Shown: positions 44,301-52,153 of the stretch, one piece after another
Numbering within the stretch: the first letter of the stretch is position 1
How the letters are laid out: each line of letters begins with the position of its first letter
Source: Thermoplasmata archaeon
GTDB taxonomy: Archaea; Thermoplasmatota; Thermoplasmata; Lutacidiplasmatales; UBA184
DNA length: 57,866 nucleotides
Direction of reading: 5' to 3'
Assembly (NCBI GenBank): GCA_035632035.1
Contig: DASQHP010000037.1
Coordinates: 1-57,866, forward strand
The notes under the pieces: model-generated
What the model was told of the DNA's origin: nothing
The model's database searches: none
Seen by the model: the letters and a program-made list of their open reading frames with translations, nothing else
Program-made: the position numbers and the translations under genes

Positions 44301-46102
44301 TGGTCGCCACCCGCCGCAAGGAGCGCGCCGCCCTGCCGGAGAGCCGGGTCCCGCGGAGGTTGGGAGACGAGCGCGCCTCCGTCGACCTCCTCGCCGGACC
44401 CGCCGTGGAGCGCGAGAACCAGCTCCAGGATTGGGTCAACCGTCTCGACATCCAGCTCGGGCGCCCGATCATGGGGGTTTCGAAGCTCCGCTACGCGTGG
44501 GAGATGGGGATCCACTCGTACGACGACCTGGTCCACGCCCCGTTCGAGCAGCTGAGTCAGATACCGGGGTTCGGTCCGATCGTCGCCGCCGAGATCGTTC
44601 GGACGTCGGGCGGGGTCGTTCCCACCCTCCGCGTCGCGCGCCCAGAGTTCCGGTACGCCTCCCTGCCTCGCCCGGCCGTGCCGGACCTGGTCGTGCCCTC
44701 CCCCGCGGCCCCCGAGTCGACGGCAGCGGCCCCGCCTTCGGCCCTTCTGCGAGTTCCGTCCGCCGAGCCCGAGGAGGTTCTTCCGGCGATCCCCACCCCG
44801 GTTCCTCCATCCCTCGGCCCGGCTCCGCCGACCCCCGAAGTGCCCTCTTCCGCATCGCTCGGAGAAGCCACGCCCTCGACGACCGAAGTCGTTCCGCCCG
44901 TGGAATCCGATTCTGAAATCAGCATGAGTCCGCTGGCACCCGAGCTGGCTACGGCGGAGACCCCGGTCGCCGAGGAACCGGTCTCTGGAGATTCGACCCC
45001 CGTATCAACCGAATCACTTACTCCCTCGGAGCTCCCCATCGAACCCCTGGCGGAGCCGCCACCGGCGAACTCCGCACCGCCGCCGGAACCCGGCCCGGTC
45101 GCTGATGCCGGGGCGCCGCCGGTTCTCGAGGAATCCGGCCCGTCGGCGTCCCCGGAGGTCCCGCAGCCTGACAACGAGCCGCTCCGAGGCGATTCCGCAC
45201 CTCCCGAACCGGTCTTTCGCGCGGAAGAACCTCTCGTCGGATCGGTCGACCTCGAACCCCAACCCAGCCCGTCTGCCGGGGCCGTCGCGAGGGAATCGGC
45301 GCCGCCGCCCGCCGAGGCATTCCCGCTTCCCGGTGCGAACGAGCCATCCGAACCGTCGGGGACGGTGGGGTCGCCCGAGCCAACGACGGAGGACATTCAA
45401 TCTGTTGCGGCCGCGATGGTGACATCGGGCGCTCCGGAAGTCGGCGCGAGCGCTCCTTCCCAACCCGAGCCTAGCCCGGTCGAGCCCGCCCTGGACGTGG
45501 CCGGCTCCACTTCCCCCAGCGACTCGATCTCCCCGGACGGCGCCGGACTCGCCGACCTCGCCGCCTCGAGCATCGGCGAGCGAGCAAAAAGCGGAGTCGC
45601 GCCTACGTCCCCAGAACCCGTCGCGCCAGCGGCCATCGTGCCACCTCCGCCCCCGGAGCCGCGGCGAACGGGGACGTTCATCTCGTCCGAGACGGTCTCG
45701 GGTCCGACGTGGGCGACATTCCTGGATGCCACCGCCGCGGGGCATCGGGGACTCTGCCTAAGCCGCGAGTTCCCCGATCGGCTTCGAGCACTGATCGGCC
45801 CCCGGGACGTCACGATCATCTGGCTCTCCAACGCGGGCCGTCCCGGATCGGCGCGTCCGGGGGACCTCGATGCTCTCGGGGCCCTAGTCGAAAAAATGGT
45901 CACCCAAGAGGGCGTGACGGCGGTCTACATCGACAGCGTGGAGTTCCTGATCCGGGTCAACTCACTCGACCGTGTGCTCGAGCTTCTGCAGCGCCTCCAT
46001 CAGCAGGCGCTCGCCCACAACGCGCGGGTCTGGGTGCCGGTGAACCCGCTCCTCGCGAGCTCGGCCGACGCGGAAAAGCTGGTCACCGCGTTCGCCGATT
46101 GA
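41354..46102 (+). CDS. Isoleucyl-tRNA-synthetase-like scaffold with degenerate catalytic and editing motifs, fused to HhH, a long disordered linker and a C-terminal DUF835-like domain
   Basis: 1582-aa ORF. The first ~1000 aa appear colinear with class-Ia IleRS by eye. Matching landmarks include the zinc knuckle SCPVCRTP..IVYEE, the CP1 strings LLVWVDSLWKLLGTTALVVNPTLSY and GTGIVTLVPSHGAGDAAVG, and the anticodon-domain strings DRAFLSTFERMRLEV...LAHVLPLWAELYAPIAPFTCEAIGRLF. An HhH motif QLSQIPGFGPIVAAEIV lies at about 44560-44610. The C-terminus is HRGLCLSREFPDRLR...VTIIWLSN...VYIDSVEFLIRVNSLDRVLELLQRLHQQALAHNARVWVPVNP. Confidence 0.7.
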   Translation: MLRSIGPFDARSIEESTRRYWSSRSLPAPSGGLGPPSGGRTHQLFGTVTSEETFLALVHRAVLADADARYLAQAGRRTSGRILVRAHGPSGEVESAAEVLRRLGVWLGGGQPEKLAPDPHVDRIQAMVDRLAAANLLVSREAPIRSCPVCRTPRTPAGIVYEEARAPAYLVRFPLRETTPRVSLLVWVDSLWKLLGTTALVVNPTLSYVTARFRRHGEEELILLSRSAMARLAEWIPGAELEVLSESPGASLEGRRYDHPLSHEAPGLGAIEGAAGAIHASAEVTDSGTGIVTLVPSHGAGDAAVGIALGVAGWPVLDSDLTLSTGFSHKYQGLAIDAGEAFIQRDVSDSGYLFAQLTVRRGVPHCAVCGEGLVWETGRTWCLEPGRLSADRLDLLGRLLPQESLPPAEETVPWPVTERDTTEDDSAPLLLDCPSCGRLSPASARAACPCGGTRQPVRRHLLPVFLETLVAWARETPFPAGEALRLYVADRRRIPAVIHHLVAMEGADAHPGEVRLAIFPTLPTGNPRGFEIGADEPVDAVRATLVGLRGAPRAGLVSLADRRVAEDRRLRKLWATVQDAILAMSRDGYSIGATPIGARLSELREEDRAFLSTFERMRLEVLREYELGHLAIVQARLARFLEDDLRDGFLPLIRRRLDSAGLPPEKSAAYAVLAHVLPLWAELYAPIAPFTCEAIGRLFRGEGESLFERPFTPILQTVLDPNAERAYRRWRSVSQSLVRARRHLRLPAATPLERVVLFVREEEAADELRAASEILARITNVQSLEVASPNLPWEGKRVQAVPVLSAIQKVFATGTPRVVRLLSGLPGRRVQEGIRSHSLQVAVEGRPVEIISSMVEFVETLPEGVVPIPWELGELYIQVPLGARAGGEGDAPPLTPDGFRLLRRVRRRLRTALAIQSIPGIVVFAQGRLAEEVDRQQTALTRYLGVPRLKIVASSEGFPRDEVVVGRSGRGDRWSVWVPGVKVVATRRKERAALPESRVPRRLGDERASVDLLAGPAVERENQLQDWVNRLDIQLGRPIMGVSKLRYAWEMGIHSYDDLVHAPFEQLSQIPGFGPIVAAEIVRTSGGVVPTLRVARPEFRYASLPRPAVPDLVVPSPAAPESTAAAPPSALLRVPSAEPEEVLPAIPTPVPPSLGPAPPTPEVPSSASLGEATPSTTEVVPPVESDSEISMSPLAPELATAETPVAEEPVSGDSTPVSTESLTPSELPIEPLAEPPPANSAPPPEPGPVADAGAPPVLEESGPSASPEVPQPDNEPLRGDSAPPEPVFRAEEPLVGSVDLEPQPSPSAGAVARESAPPPAEAFPLPGANEPSEPSGTVGSPEPTTEDIQSVAAAMVTSGAPEVGASAPSQPEPSPVEPALDVAGSTSPSDSISPDGAGLADLAASSIGERAKSGVAPTSPEPVAPAAIVPPPPPEPRRTGTFISSETVSGPTWATFLDATAAGHRGLCLSREFPDRLRALIGPRDVTIIWLSNAGRPGSARPGDLDALGALVEKMVTQEGVTAVYIDSVEFLIRVNSLDRVLELLQRLHQQALAHNARVWVPVNPLLASSADAEKLVTAFAD

Positions 46103-46192
46103 CGGGCAGATCCGGTCCGCGGGCGGCGGACGATCCCCGTTGGAGTTGGATGCCCGGCGCCGGCCGGGTCCCCGGCCTGCTCCAGCCCCCGA

Positions 46193-49100
46193 TCAACGGG
46201 TCCGGCGCGTCGGGATCGAAGGCTCCGTTCCACGCGAGTCGTCTCTCCGCCCCCGGCGGGCCACGAGGAGGCCCGCGGCCGCGATCGCGACGGCGGCACC
46301 GCCGGCCAGCAGCCATTCCCAATCCGGTGTCGAAGCGGAGGGGCTCGCAGAGGTGATCTGGACGACCACGGAGGAGTTCGAGCCCAGACCGTCGGTGTCG
46401 ACCACCGTGATCGAGAGTCGGTAAGATCCCGGTTGGCTGGGCAGGCATTCGAAGCTAAGATTCCCGTTCGTCGGTGCCTGACAACCCGGGGGCAGTCCGG
46501 CGAATTGGGAACGGTACGGGGCGACCCCCCCGGCGACCGAGGCGCTGAGCGAAATCGGAGTGCCGAGCACCGCGGACGTGGGAGTTGAACTGAGAGTCAC
46601 GATGGGGTCGCTCACAACCTCCACCGACCCGGACCACGTCGCGGAGATCCCCAGCGTGTCGGTCGCCGACACCGAGAGCAAATTGGCTCCGACCGTCACC
46701 CCGCGGCAGTAGGCTGCCCCGGGAGCGACCACGGCGCATCCGAGCGGCATCTGCACGAAGTCGACGGAGAGGGTGCCGTCCCCGCCCGACCCGCTCGCAT
46801 TGACCCAGAAGGGGAGGCCGACGTCGCGCGGTCCTGCGGGAGCTACCTGGACCATCACCGAGGGAAACGGGAAGGCGCGGAGAGTCAGGCTCGTGTTCGC
46901 CCGACCCTGGAACTGGTCTATGACCGTGACGGAAACCGAAGTGTTCCCCGCCGTCGGCACGGCTACCGAGACGTTCGCCCCCGGGGCCGCCCCAGTCGGG
47001 AGGTCCCACTGGAAGGTGTACGGGGGCGTCCCCGGGGCCGTCAGCATCGCGTCCAGCGAAACCGTTTCGGGTGCGTCCACGACGGGAGTGGTTGTCCGTA
47101 TCTGCACCGCGAGTGGGGGGCCTACGGTGAGGGAAACCGCCGTCGTTCCGGCCTGGCCGCTCGAGTCGGTCACGTTCGCGACGATGCGGTAGGACCCCTG
47201 GGCTCCGGGGGAGCACGTGAGGACTGTGGAGTTCACAGACGGGCAGCCGGGCGGGAGGCCGGAGTACACAACGGAGTACGGGAGTCGGCCGCCCGTGACG
47301 TTCAATCGAAGAACGGTCGATGTCCCGAGGTCGAGTTCGCCCGGCGATGCCGTGATCCCACCCACGTCGAGCGAGGGGACAGGCGGCGTCGTGGTGACGT
47401 TCACGGGAGCGCAGGCGTTGTGCCAGTGCAGGTTCCATGCCTCCAGGCAGAACGAGTACGCCGTCTGGGGAAGTAGGCCACCCACGGTCTCGGAGCGATT
47501 CTGGCCCCACAGGTCGACGACGTTGGTGAAGGGTCCTCCGGCGACCCCCCAGAAGAGCGTGTAGTTGACTACCCGGTTCGCGTCCGAGGCCGGCACGATC
47601 CAAGAGAGAGCCACGGTGGTGTCGTTCGGGCGCACGGTGAGAATGACCGGGCTAGGGGGAAGGGTCTCCGCACCGGCGAGACCGGTCGGGAACGGGAACT
47701 CCGGCAGGCCCGACTTCCAGGACCACCAGATGGTTCCCGCTACCGTACCCCCGGCGGTCCCCCGGATCGGACACGTCGTCCCATTGTGTCGACAGTTCAC
47801 CGACTCGGAAATGATCGAGTAACTGGTGTTCGAGAAGAGCCCCTCGACGGCCGCGGGGTTCTGGGACGACTCTCGCAATGTGCTTCCATACCCCGGGAGG
47901 TCGTAAGTGAGGTTCGACTCGAGAAACCGGCCCGAGCTCGGCTCAAAGAGCCAGGAGTTGTTGTCGAAGAGTCCGTTCCAGATCCCATTGAACATCGGCC
48001 CATCGGACACGACCGTGGGGCGGTGCTCGGACGACCAGGTGTTCGGCGGGACCGAGTCGTCCGGCCAGTGCCCGAACGTTTGGTCTGCGTAGGTGAGGTA
48101 GGAGCCGGTCAATTGCCCCGAGCGGTCGAGATTGAACCGCTGCGTCAGCACCGGCCCGCCGCCCATCAGCTCGGAGACTACGAGGGTGTGGGCGGTCACG
48201 TTCGTGTACATTCCGTTCACGCCGTTCACCGTGAACTGACTCGCGAAGGTGGTGGTGTACACGGGAACGAGGCGGGTCCCCGGAGCGGGTCCCTCGAGAC
48301 GGAGCTGCTGGATGTGGTCCCCGGAACTTCCGTCGGCCTCGATGTTGAAGAACGAGTTGTACTGCGGGATCCAGTAGTTGTTGTTCGCCTCGAAGTAGGA
48401 GAGCGTTCCTAGGTTCCACTCCGTGTTGTTCCAGAGATTGTAGCCGACGAGGCTGGAGCCGTCCCCCATGAGAACGGCGACGGAGGAGTTCCCGTCCTCG
48501 CCGATGAGATTGAGCTGCGTGTTGGACGTCAGCGCGCTGATCGGGACCGAGAGAAACGTGTGGTTGAACGTCCGCCCCGTCGTCGTGTTGATCGCGAACA
48601 GGCTCGGGTGAGTCGCCGAGGAGCAATCCGACGAGCACCCGAACTCGTAGACGTACGACCCGTCCTCCGTGATCCAGTCGGTGTTCTCGATCCCCTGGTA
48701 GTCCATCAGATCGTCGTAGAGGTACCGCCAGTAGCCCACGTCTTGGACGGTCTGGTTGGAGAACCAAAAGTGGACCAGGCGCCCGGTCGCGTTCACGTAG
48801 TAGACCCCATCGTCCGTCCACGACAGCAGGGGACACTGCGTCCCGTAGACACCGCTCCCGCACGGACCCTGGGCGTTGCAGTTCGACGCGTATCGGGAGA
48901 GATTGTTCCAGTCCGGAAGGACGAACGTCGCGTTACCGAACGTGATCCACGGGTAGCCGAGGAGGTTCACCGTGAGATCCGACGACGTGACGGTCACCGC
49001 GGACCAGTCGCCGCCCCACGAGGTGGTGTTGTTGGCGTAGACGAAGTAGTACCCCGGGGGAACGAGCACGGAGTAGAACCCGCTCGAATTGGTCGTGTTC

Positions 49101-49462
49101 GCGGCGACGTAGGGGCACGTGGCGACCGAAGCGATCCCGCTGCAAGGTCGTCCCACCACGGTGACGGCGACGCCCGCAACCGGCCCGCGGGCCGCCGAGG
49201 CGGCCGTCACCGTCCCGTTGATCCAGTACGAGCTCCCGCTGTAGGGTACCTCTCGCGTCGACGGTCCGTGGCCCGTCGGGCCGAACAGGAGAGGGACGGG
49301 ACGAGGGGACGTCGCGAAAGGGTTTCCGGCAACGAGCGAGCCCGTCGCCAGAGGACAACCGCTCAGGAAGAGCCCGACGCCCACCGCGACGAGGATCGAT
49401 ACCCTCGTCCCCCGGAAGATCCGCGGCCTCGCTCGCGTCACAGCAGGAAAACGCGAGACCAT
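46193..49462 (-). CDS. Large cell-surface (S-layer/adhesin-like) glycoprotein candidate: unknown N-terminal domain, FN3, PKD array, C-terminal TM anchor
   Basis: ORF 46193..49705, trimmed to ATG at 49462 (MVSRFPAVTRARPRIFRGTRVSILVAVGVGLFLSGC, signal/lipobox-like). There are dozens of N-x-S/T sequons. An FN3-like string is VALSWIVPASDANRVVNYTLFWG...TAYSFCLEAWN. At least 4 PKD-like repeats (GG.LPY...Y.GLPPGC.S.N...L.C.P...G.Y.I) are present. The C-terminus has TM segment WLLAGGAAVAIAAAGLLVA followed by RRGRRDD. Confidence 0.65.
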   Translation of the reverse strand: MVSRFPAVTRARPRIFRGTRVSILVAVGVGLFLSGCPLATGSLVAGNPFATSPRPVPLLFGPTGHGPSTREVPYSGSSYWINGTVTAASAARGPVAGVAVTVVGRPCSGIASVATCPYVAANTTNSSGFYSVLVPPGYYFVYANNTTSWGGDWSAVTVTSSDLTVNLLGYPWITFGNATFVLPDWNNLSRYASNCNAQGPCGSGVYGTQCPLLSWTDDGVYYVNATGRLVHFWFSNQTVQDVGYWRYLYDDLMDYQGIENTDWITEDGSYVYEFGCSSDCSSATHPSLFAINTTTGRTFNHTFLSVPISALTSNTQLNLIGEDGNSSVAVLMGDGSSLVGYNLWNNTEWNLGTLSYFEANNNYWIPQYNSFFNIEADGSSGDHIQQLRLEGPAPGTRLVPVYTTTFASQFTVNGVNGMYTNVTAHTLVVSELMGGGPVLTQRFNLDRSGQLTGSYLTYADQTFGHWPDDSVPPNTWSSEHRPTVVSDGPMFNGIWNGLFDNNSWLFEPSSGRFLESNLTYDLPGYGSTLRESSQNPAAVEGLFSNTSYSIISESVNCRHNGTTCPIRGTAGGTVAGTIWWSWKSGLPEFPFPTGLAGAETLPPSPVILTVRPNDTTVALSWIVPASDANRVVNYTLFWGVAGGPFTNVVDLWGQNRSETVGGLLPQTAYSFCLEAWNLHWHNACAPVNVTTTPPVPSLDVGGITASPGELDLGTSTVLRLNVTGGRLPYSVVYSGLPPGCPSVNSTVLTCSPGAQGSYRIVANVTDSSGQAGTTAVSLTVGPPLAVQIRTTTPVVDAPETVSLDAMLTAPGTPPYTFQWDLPTGAAPGANVSVAVPTAGNTSVSVTVIDQFQGRANTSLTLRAFPFPSVMVQVAPAGPRDVGLPFWVNASGSGGDGTLSVDFVQMPLGCAVVAPGAAYCRGVTVGANLLSVSATDTLGISATWSGSVEVVSDPIVTLSSTPTSAVLGTPISLSASVAGGVAPYRSQFAGLPPGCQAPTNGNLSFECLPSQPGSYRLSITVVDTDGLGSNSSVVVQITSASPSASTPDWEWLLAGGAAVAIAAAGLLVARRGRRDDSRGTEPSIPTRRTR

Positions 49463-49770
49463 CCAAGAGCGGCACTTCAACGTTCGGTTTCGGATTATCC
49501 GGCTCGCGCGGCCTCCGAGGGTCCGTCGAGTCTTCTCCCAGCGGGAACGCACCCGCTCTCGTCTGGACGAGACCCACGGGCACGCGGAATCTCTCCCCCC
49601 TGGCGGGGCCGATGATCGCTCAGGCTGTCCGATACCCCCCCGTTTGGCGCTAGAACGTTTAACATTTGGTCGGTGAAAGGGATGGATGAACCTCGTCCGA
49701 TTCATCTATCGGCCACCTGAGCGTGAGCATGTGTCCGCCGGACGCCACCAAAACGAAACTCTCACACAAT

Positions 49771-49781
49771 ATCTAAATAAT
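49771..49781 (+). promoter_or_regulatory. TATA-like AT island (ATCTAAATAAT) upstream of the RHH gene
   Basis: It lies about 25 nt upstream of the GTG at 49803. It is too close to the GTG at 49791 to serve that start. Confidence 0.35.
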
Positions 49782-49802
49782 CGTTGATTCGTGTTAAACG
49801 GC

Positions 49803-50201
49803 GTGAGACCTGCCCGCTCGACAGTTCCCGCGGACCGGTTCCTCGGAGTTCGGTTGACCTTCGAGGAACTCGAACAGCTCGATCAGTTCCGGGAACGGTC
49901 GGGGGCCCCGACCCGGTCCGATGCGATTCGCGCGCTCGTGCGCGCGGCCGAACGGATCGCCTCCGAGACGCCCGAGCTTCCCCCTACGGTGCAGGGGGAA
50001 CTCGAGCAGCTCGTGGAGGATGGACTGGCGCGCGACCTTCCGACGGCGCTCGGAACGGTTGTCACGCTGGGGCTACAGGAGTTCGCCCGGGTCTACGCCG
50101 AACGGCTGCCCGCCCTGCGGCGAGCGGCTCGCGAAGGCGCGGACCGCCGGGCCTCTCGTCGGCGGGCCGATCGCGAGGGACGGAGGCTCCTCGACCCCTA
50201 G
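49803..50201 (+). CDS. Ribbon-helix-helix (CopG-family) DNA-binding protein
   Basis: ORF 49791..50201. The GTG at 49803 is preferred from the TATA spacing. FLGVRLTFEELEQLDQFRERSGAPTRSDAIRALVRAA is a textbook RHH pattern, followed by a basic Arg-rich tail. Confidence 0.5.
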   Translation: MRPARSTVPADRFLGVRLTFEELEQLDQFRERSGAPTRSDAIRALVRAAERIASETPELPPTVQGELEQLVEDGLARDLPTALGTVVTLGLQEFARVYAERLPALRRAAREGADRRASRRRADREGRRLLDP

Positions 50202-50368
50202 GCCTCCCGCGGTGGAGTGGTTGCAAAAATGCAGACGTTGGGGATTGCGTGGAGCGAGAGGAGCGGATTCATTTGCCGACTGTGCCGTCAGGACGCCAAG
50301 CATAATGAGGTGCTGCACATCTCGTTCTGTCCCGTCCACGGATTGTCGTCCCCGTTGGATGCGCTGCC

Positions 50369-50944
50369 GTGGCGTCCGGAGGCTCGAGTTCCACGCGGCT
50401 CTACACCCGTACCGGTGACCGCGGAGAGACCGGTCTCGCCGGCGGTGTCCGCCTAGCGAAGGACGCCCCACGGATCCGCGCGTTCGGGTCGTTCGACGAG
50501 GTCGGGGCCCAGCTGGGCCTCGTCCTGGCCACGCTCGACCCGGGCGCGCAACCCTATCGGGCCGTGCTCGAACGGCTCCAGCATGAGCTGTTCATCGTTC
50601 AGGCGGAGCTCGCCGCCGCGCCCGGGGGCCCCCCGCCGGCACATTCGATCTCCCAGCGACACGTGAACCGACTCGAGTCGGAGATCGACCAGTTCACCGC
50701 GATGGTGGACCCGATGCGCTCGTTCGTCCTTCCCCGCGGCCACCCCGCCGGCGCGCAGCTTCACGTGGCGCGCACGCTGGCCCGGCGCGCCGAACGCGAA
50801 CTGGTCGCCCTCCACCGCGAGGAACCCGTGCCGCCACCCGTCCTCGAATGGGCGAACCGGCTGGGGGACCTCCTCTACGCAATGGCCCTTGCACTGAATC
50901 GGTTCCAGGGGTTCGTCGAGACGCCGCCCGACTACACGGTCTGA
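50369..50944 (+). CDS. ATP:cob(I)alamin adenosyltransferase, PduO type
   Basis: 191 aa. Contains LYTRTGDRGETGL, then FGSFDEVGAQLG and LPRGHPAGAQLHVARTLARRAER. Confidence 0.8.
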   Translation: MASGGSSSTRLYTRTGDRGETGLAGGVRLAKDAPRIRAFGSFDEVGAQLGLVLATLDPGAQPYRAVLERLQHELFIVQAELAAAPGGPPPAHSISQRHVNRLESEIDQFTAMVDPMRSFVLPRGHPAGAQLHVARTLARRAERELVALHREEPVPPPVLEWANRLGDLLYAMALALNRFQGFVETPPDYTV

Positions 50945-50956
50945 ACGGTCGCGCCG

Positions 50957-52153
50957 ATGGAGGTCGGAGTCGTCGGCAAGCCCAACGTCGGTAAGTCGAC
51001 CTTCTTCAACGCGCTCACGCTCCTTGACGTCCCGATCGCGCCGTATCCGTTCACCACGGTCACTCCCAACCGCGGTGTCGCGGCGGTCCGGGTCCCGTGC
51101 CCTCACACCGAACGCGGGCGACCGTGCGTTCCCGGAAACGCGAAGTGCGTCAACGGGACGCGCTGGGTCGGGGTCAACCTTGTGGACGTCCCCGGACTGG
51201 TTCCCGGCGCTTCCACCGGCCGAGGCCTCGGCCACCAGTTCCTCGATGACCTCCGTGCGTCCAACGGGTTCCTGCAGGTCGTGGACGCCTCGGGGGCCAC
51301 GACGGCGGAGGGTGTCATCGCCTCAGCGGGGTCGGTCGACCCGGCGGACGAGGTGATCTGGCTCCACGACGAGCTCATCGAGTGGGTCACCGAGATCCTC
51401 GGGAGGGACTTTGAGCGGCACGCCCGTTCGGTCGAGCTCGAGGGTACCAAGGTCGAGGAGTTCCTCCAGGCGCGGCTCACCGGCCTCGCGATCACGCCCG
51501 CCCAGGTGGCGCTAGCTCTGCGGACCGTCCCGGTCGACCGGGCCCGTCCCTCCACCTGGACCGCGTCGGACCGACGCCAGATCGCCGCCGGGCTCCTCGA
51601 GCATTCGAAACCCAGGCTCGTCGTGGCCAACAAGTGCGACCGCTCGACGCCGGAAAGCGTGCGGGCTCTCGGGGAACGAGTGCAACCTCTTCCAACCGTT
51701 CCTACCTCGGCGGAGGCGGAGCTGACCTTGCGACGGGCCGCCCGGGCGGGATTGGTGGAGTATGTGCCGGGGGCTCCAGCGTTCCAGGTCCCAGACACCG
51801 CGAGGCTCTCGCCGGCACAACGTCACGCGCTGGACGAGATCCAGCAGATCCTCGGCCGATGGGGCTCGACCGGCGTCCAGGCGGCCCTCGAAGCCATGGT
51901 GTATGAGCGGCTTCGATACATCGTCGTGTTCCCGGTGGAGGATGAGACCCACTGGACCGATTCGAAGGGACGGCTCTTGCCGGACGCATTCTTGGTTCCG
52001 GCCGACACGCCCGTCCGGGATGTCGCCTACCGGGTCCACACCGAACTCGGGGAGAATTTCATCCGGGCGATCGACGGGCGGACCCACCGCGCGCTCTCCG
52101 CCGACCACCCGCTCACGGCGGGGGCGGTGGTGCGGATCGTAGCCCGGCGCTAG
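50957..52153 (+). CDS. OBG-family P-loop GTPase/ATPase (YchF-like) with a C-terminal TGS domain
   Basis: 398 aa. Contains G1 motif GKPNVGKSTFFNALT, PYPFTTV, DVPGLV and NKCD. The C-terminal TGS-like region is ...AYRVHTELGENFIRAID. Confidence 0.75.
   Translation: MEVGVVGKPNVGKSTFFNALTLLDVPIAPYPFTTVTPNRGVAAVRVPCPHTERGRPCVPGNAKCVNGTRWVGVNLVDVPGLVPGASTGRGLGHQFLDDLRASNGFLQVVDASGATTAEGVIASAGSVDPADEVIWLHDELIEWVTEILGRDFERHARSVELEGTKVEEFLQARLTGLAITPAQVALALRTVPVDRARPSTWTASDRRQIAAGLLEHSKPRLVVANKCDRSTPESVRALGERVQPLPTVPTSAEAELTLRRAARAGLVEYVPGAPAFQVPDTARLSPAQRHALDEIQQILGRWGSTGVQAALEAMVYERLRYIVVFPVEDETHWTDSKGRLLPDAFLVPADTPVRDVAYRVHTELGENFIRAIDGRTHRALSADHPLTAGAVVRIVARR

Noticed and set aside
49463-49705. Upstream extensions of several track ORFs: 49463-49705, 2836-3063, 32542-32739, 5626-5862, 19260-19670, 20386-21255, 24600-25517, 6792-7016 and 16460-16729.
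   Set aside because: The extensions overlap upstream genes or are basic low-complexity sequence. Internal starts give canonical N-termini (signal peptides or family-typical openings), NTGA coupling with the upstream stop, or correct TATA spacing.
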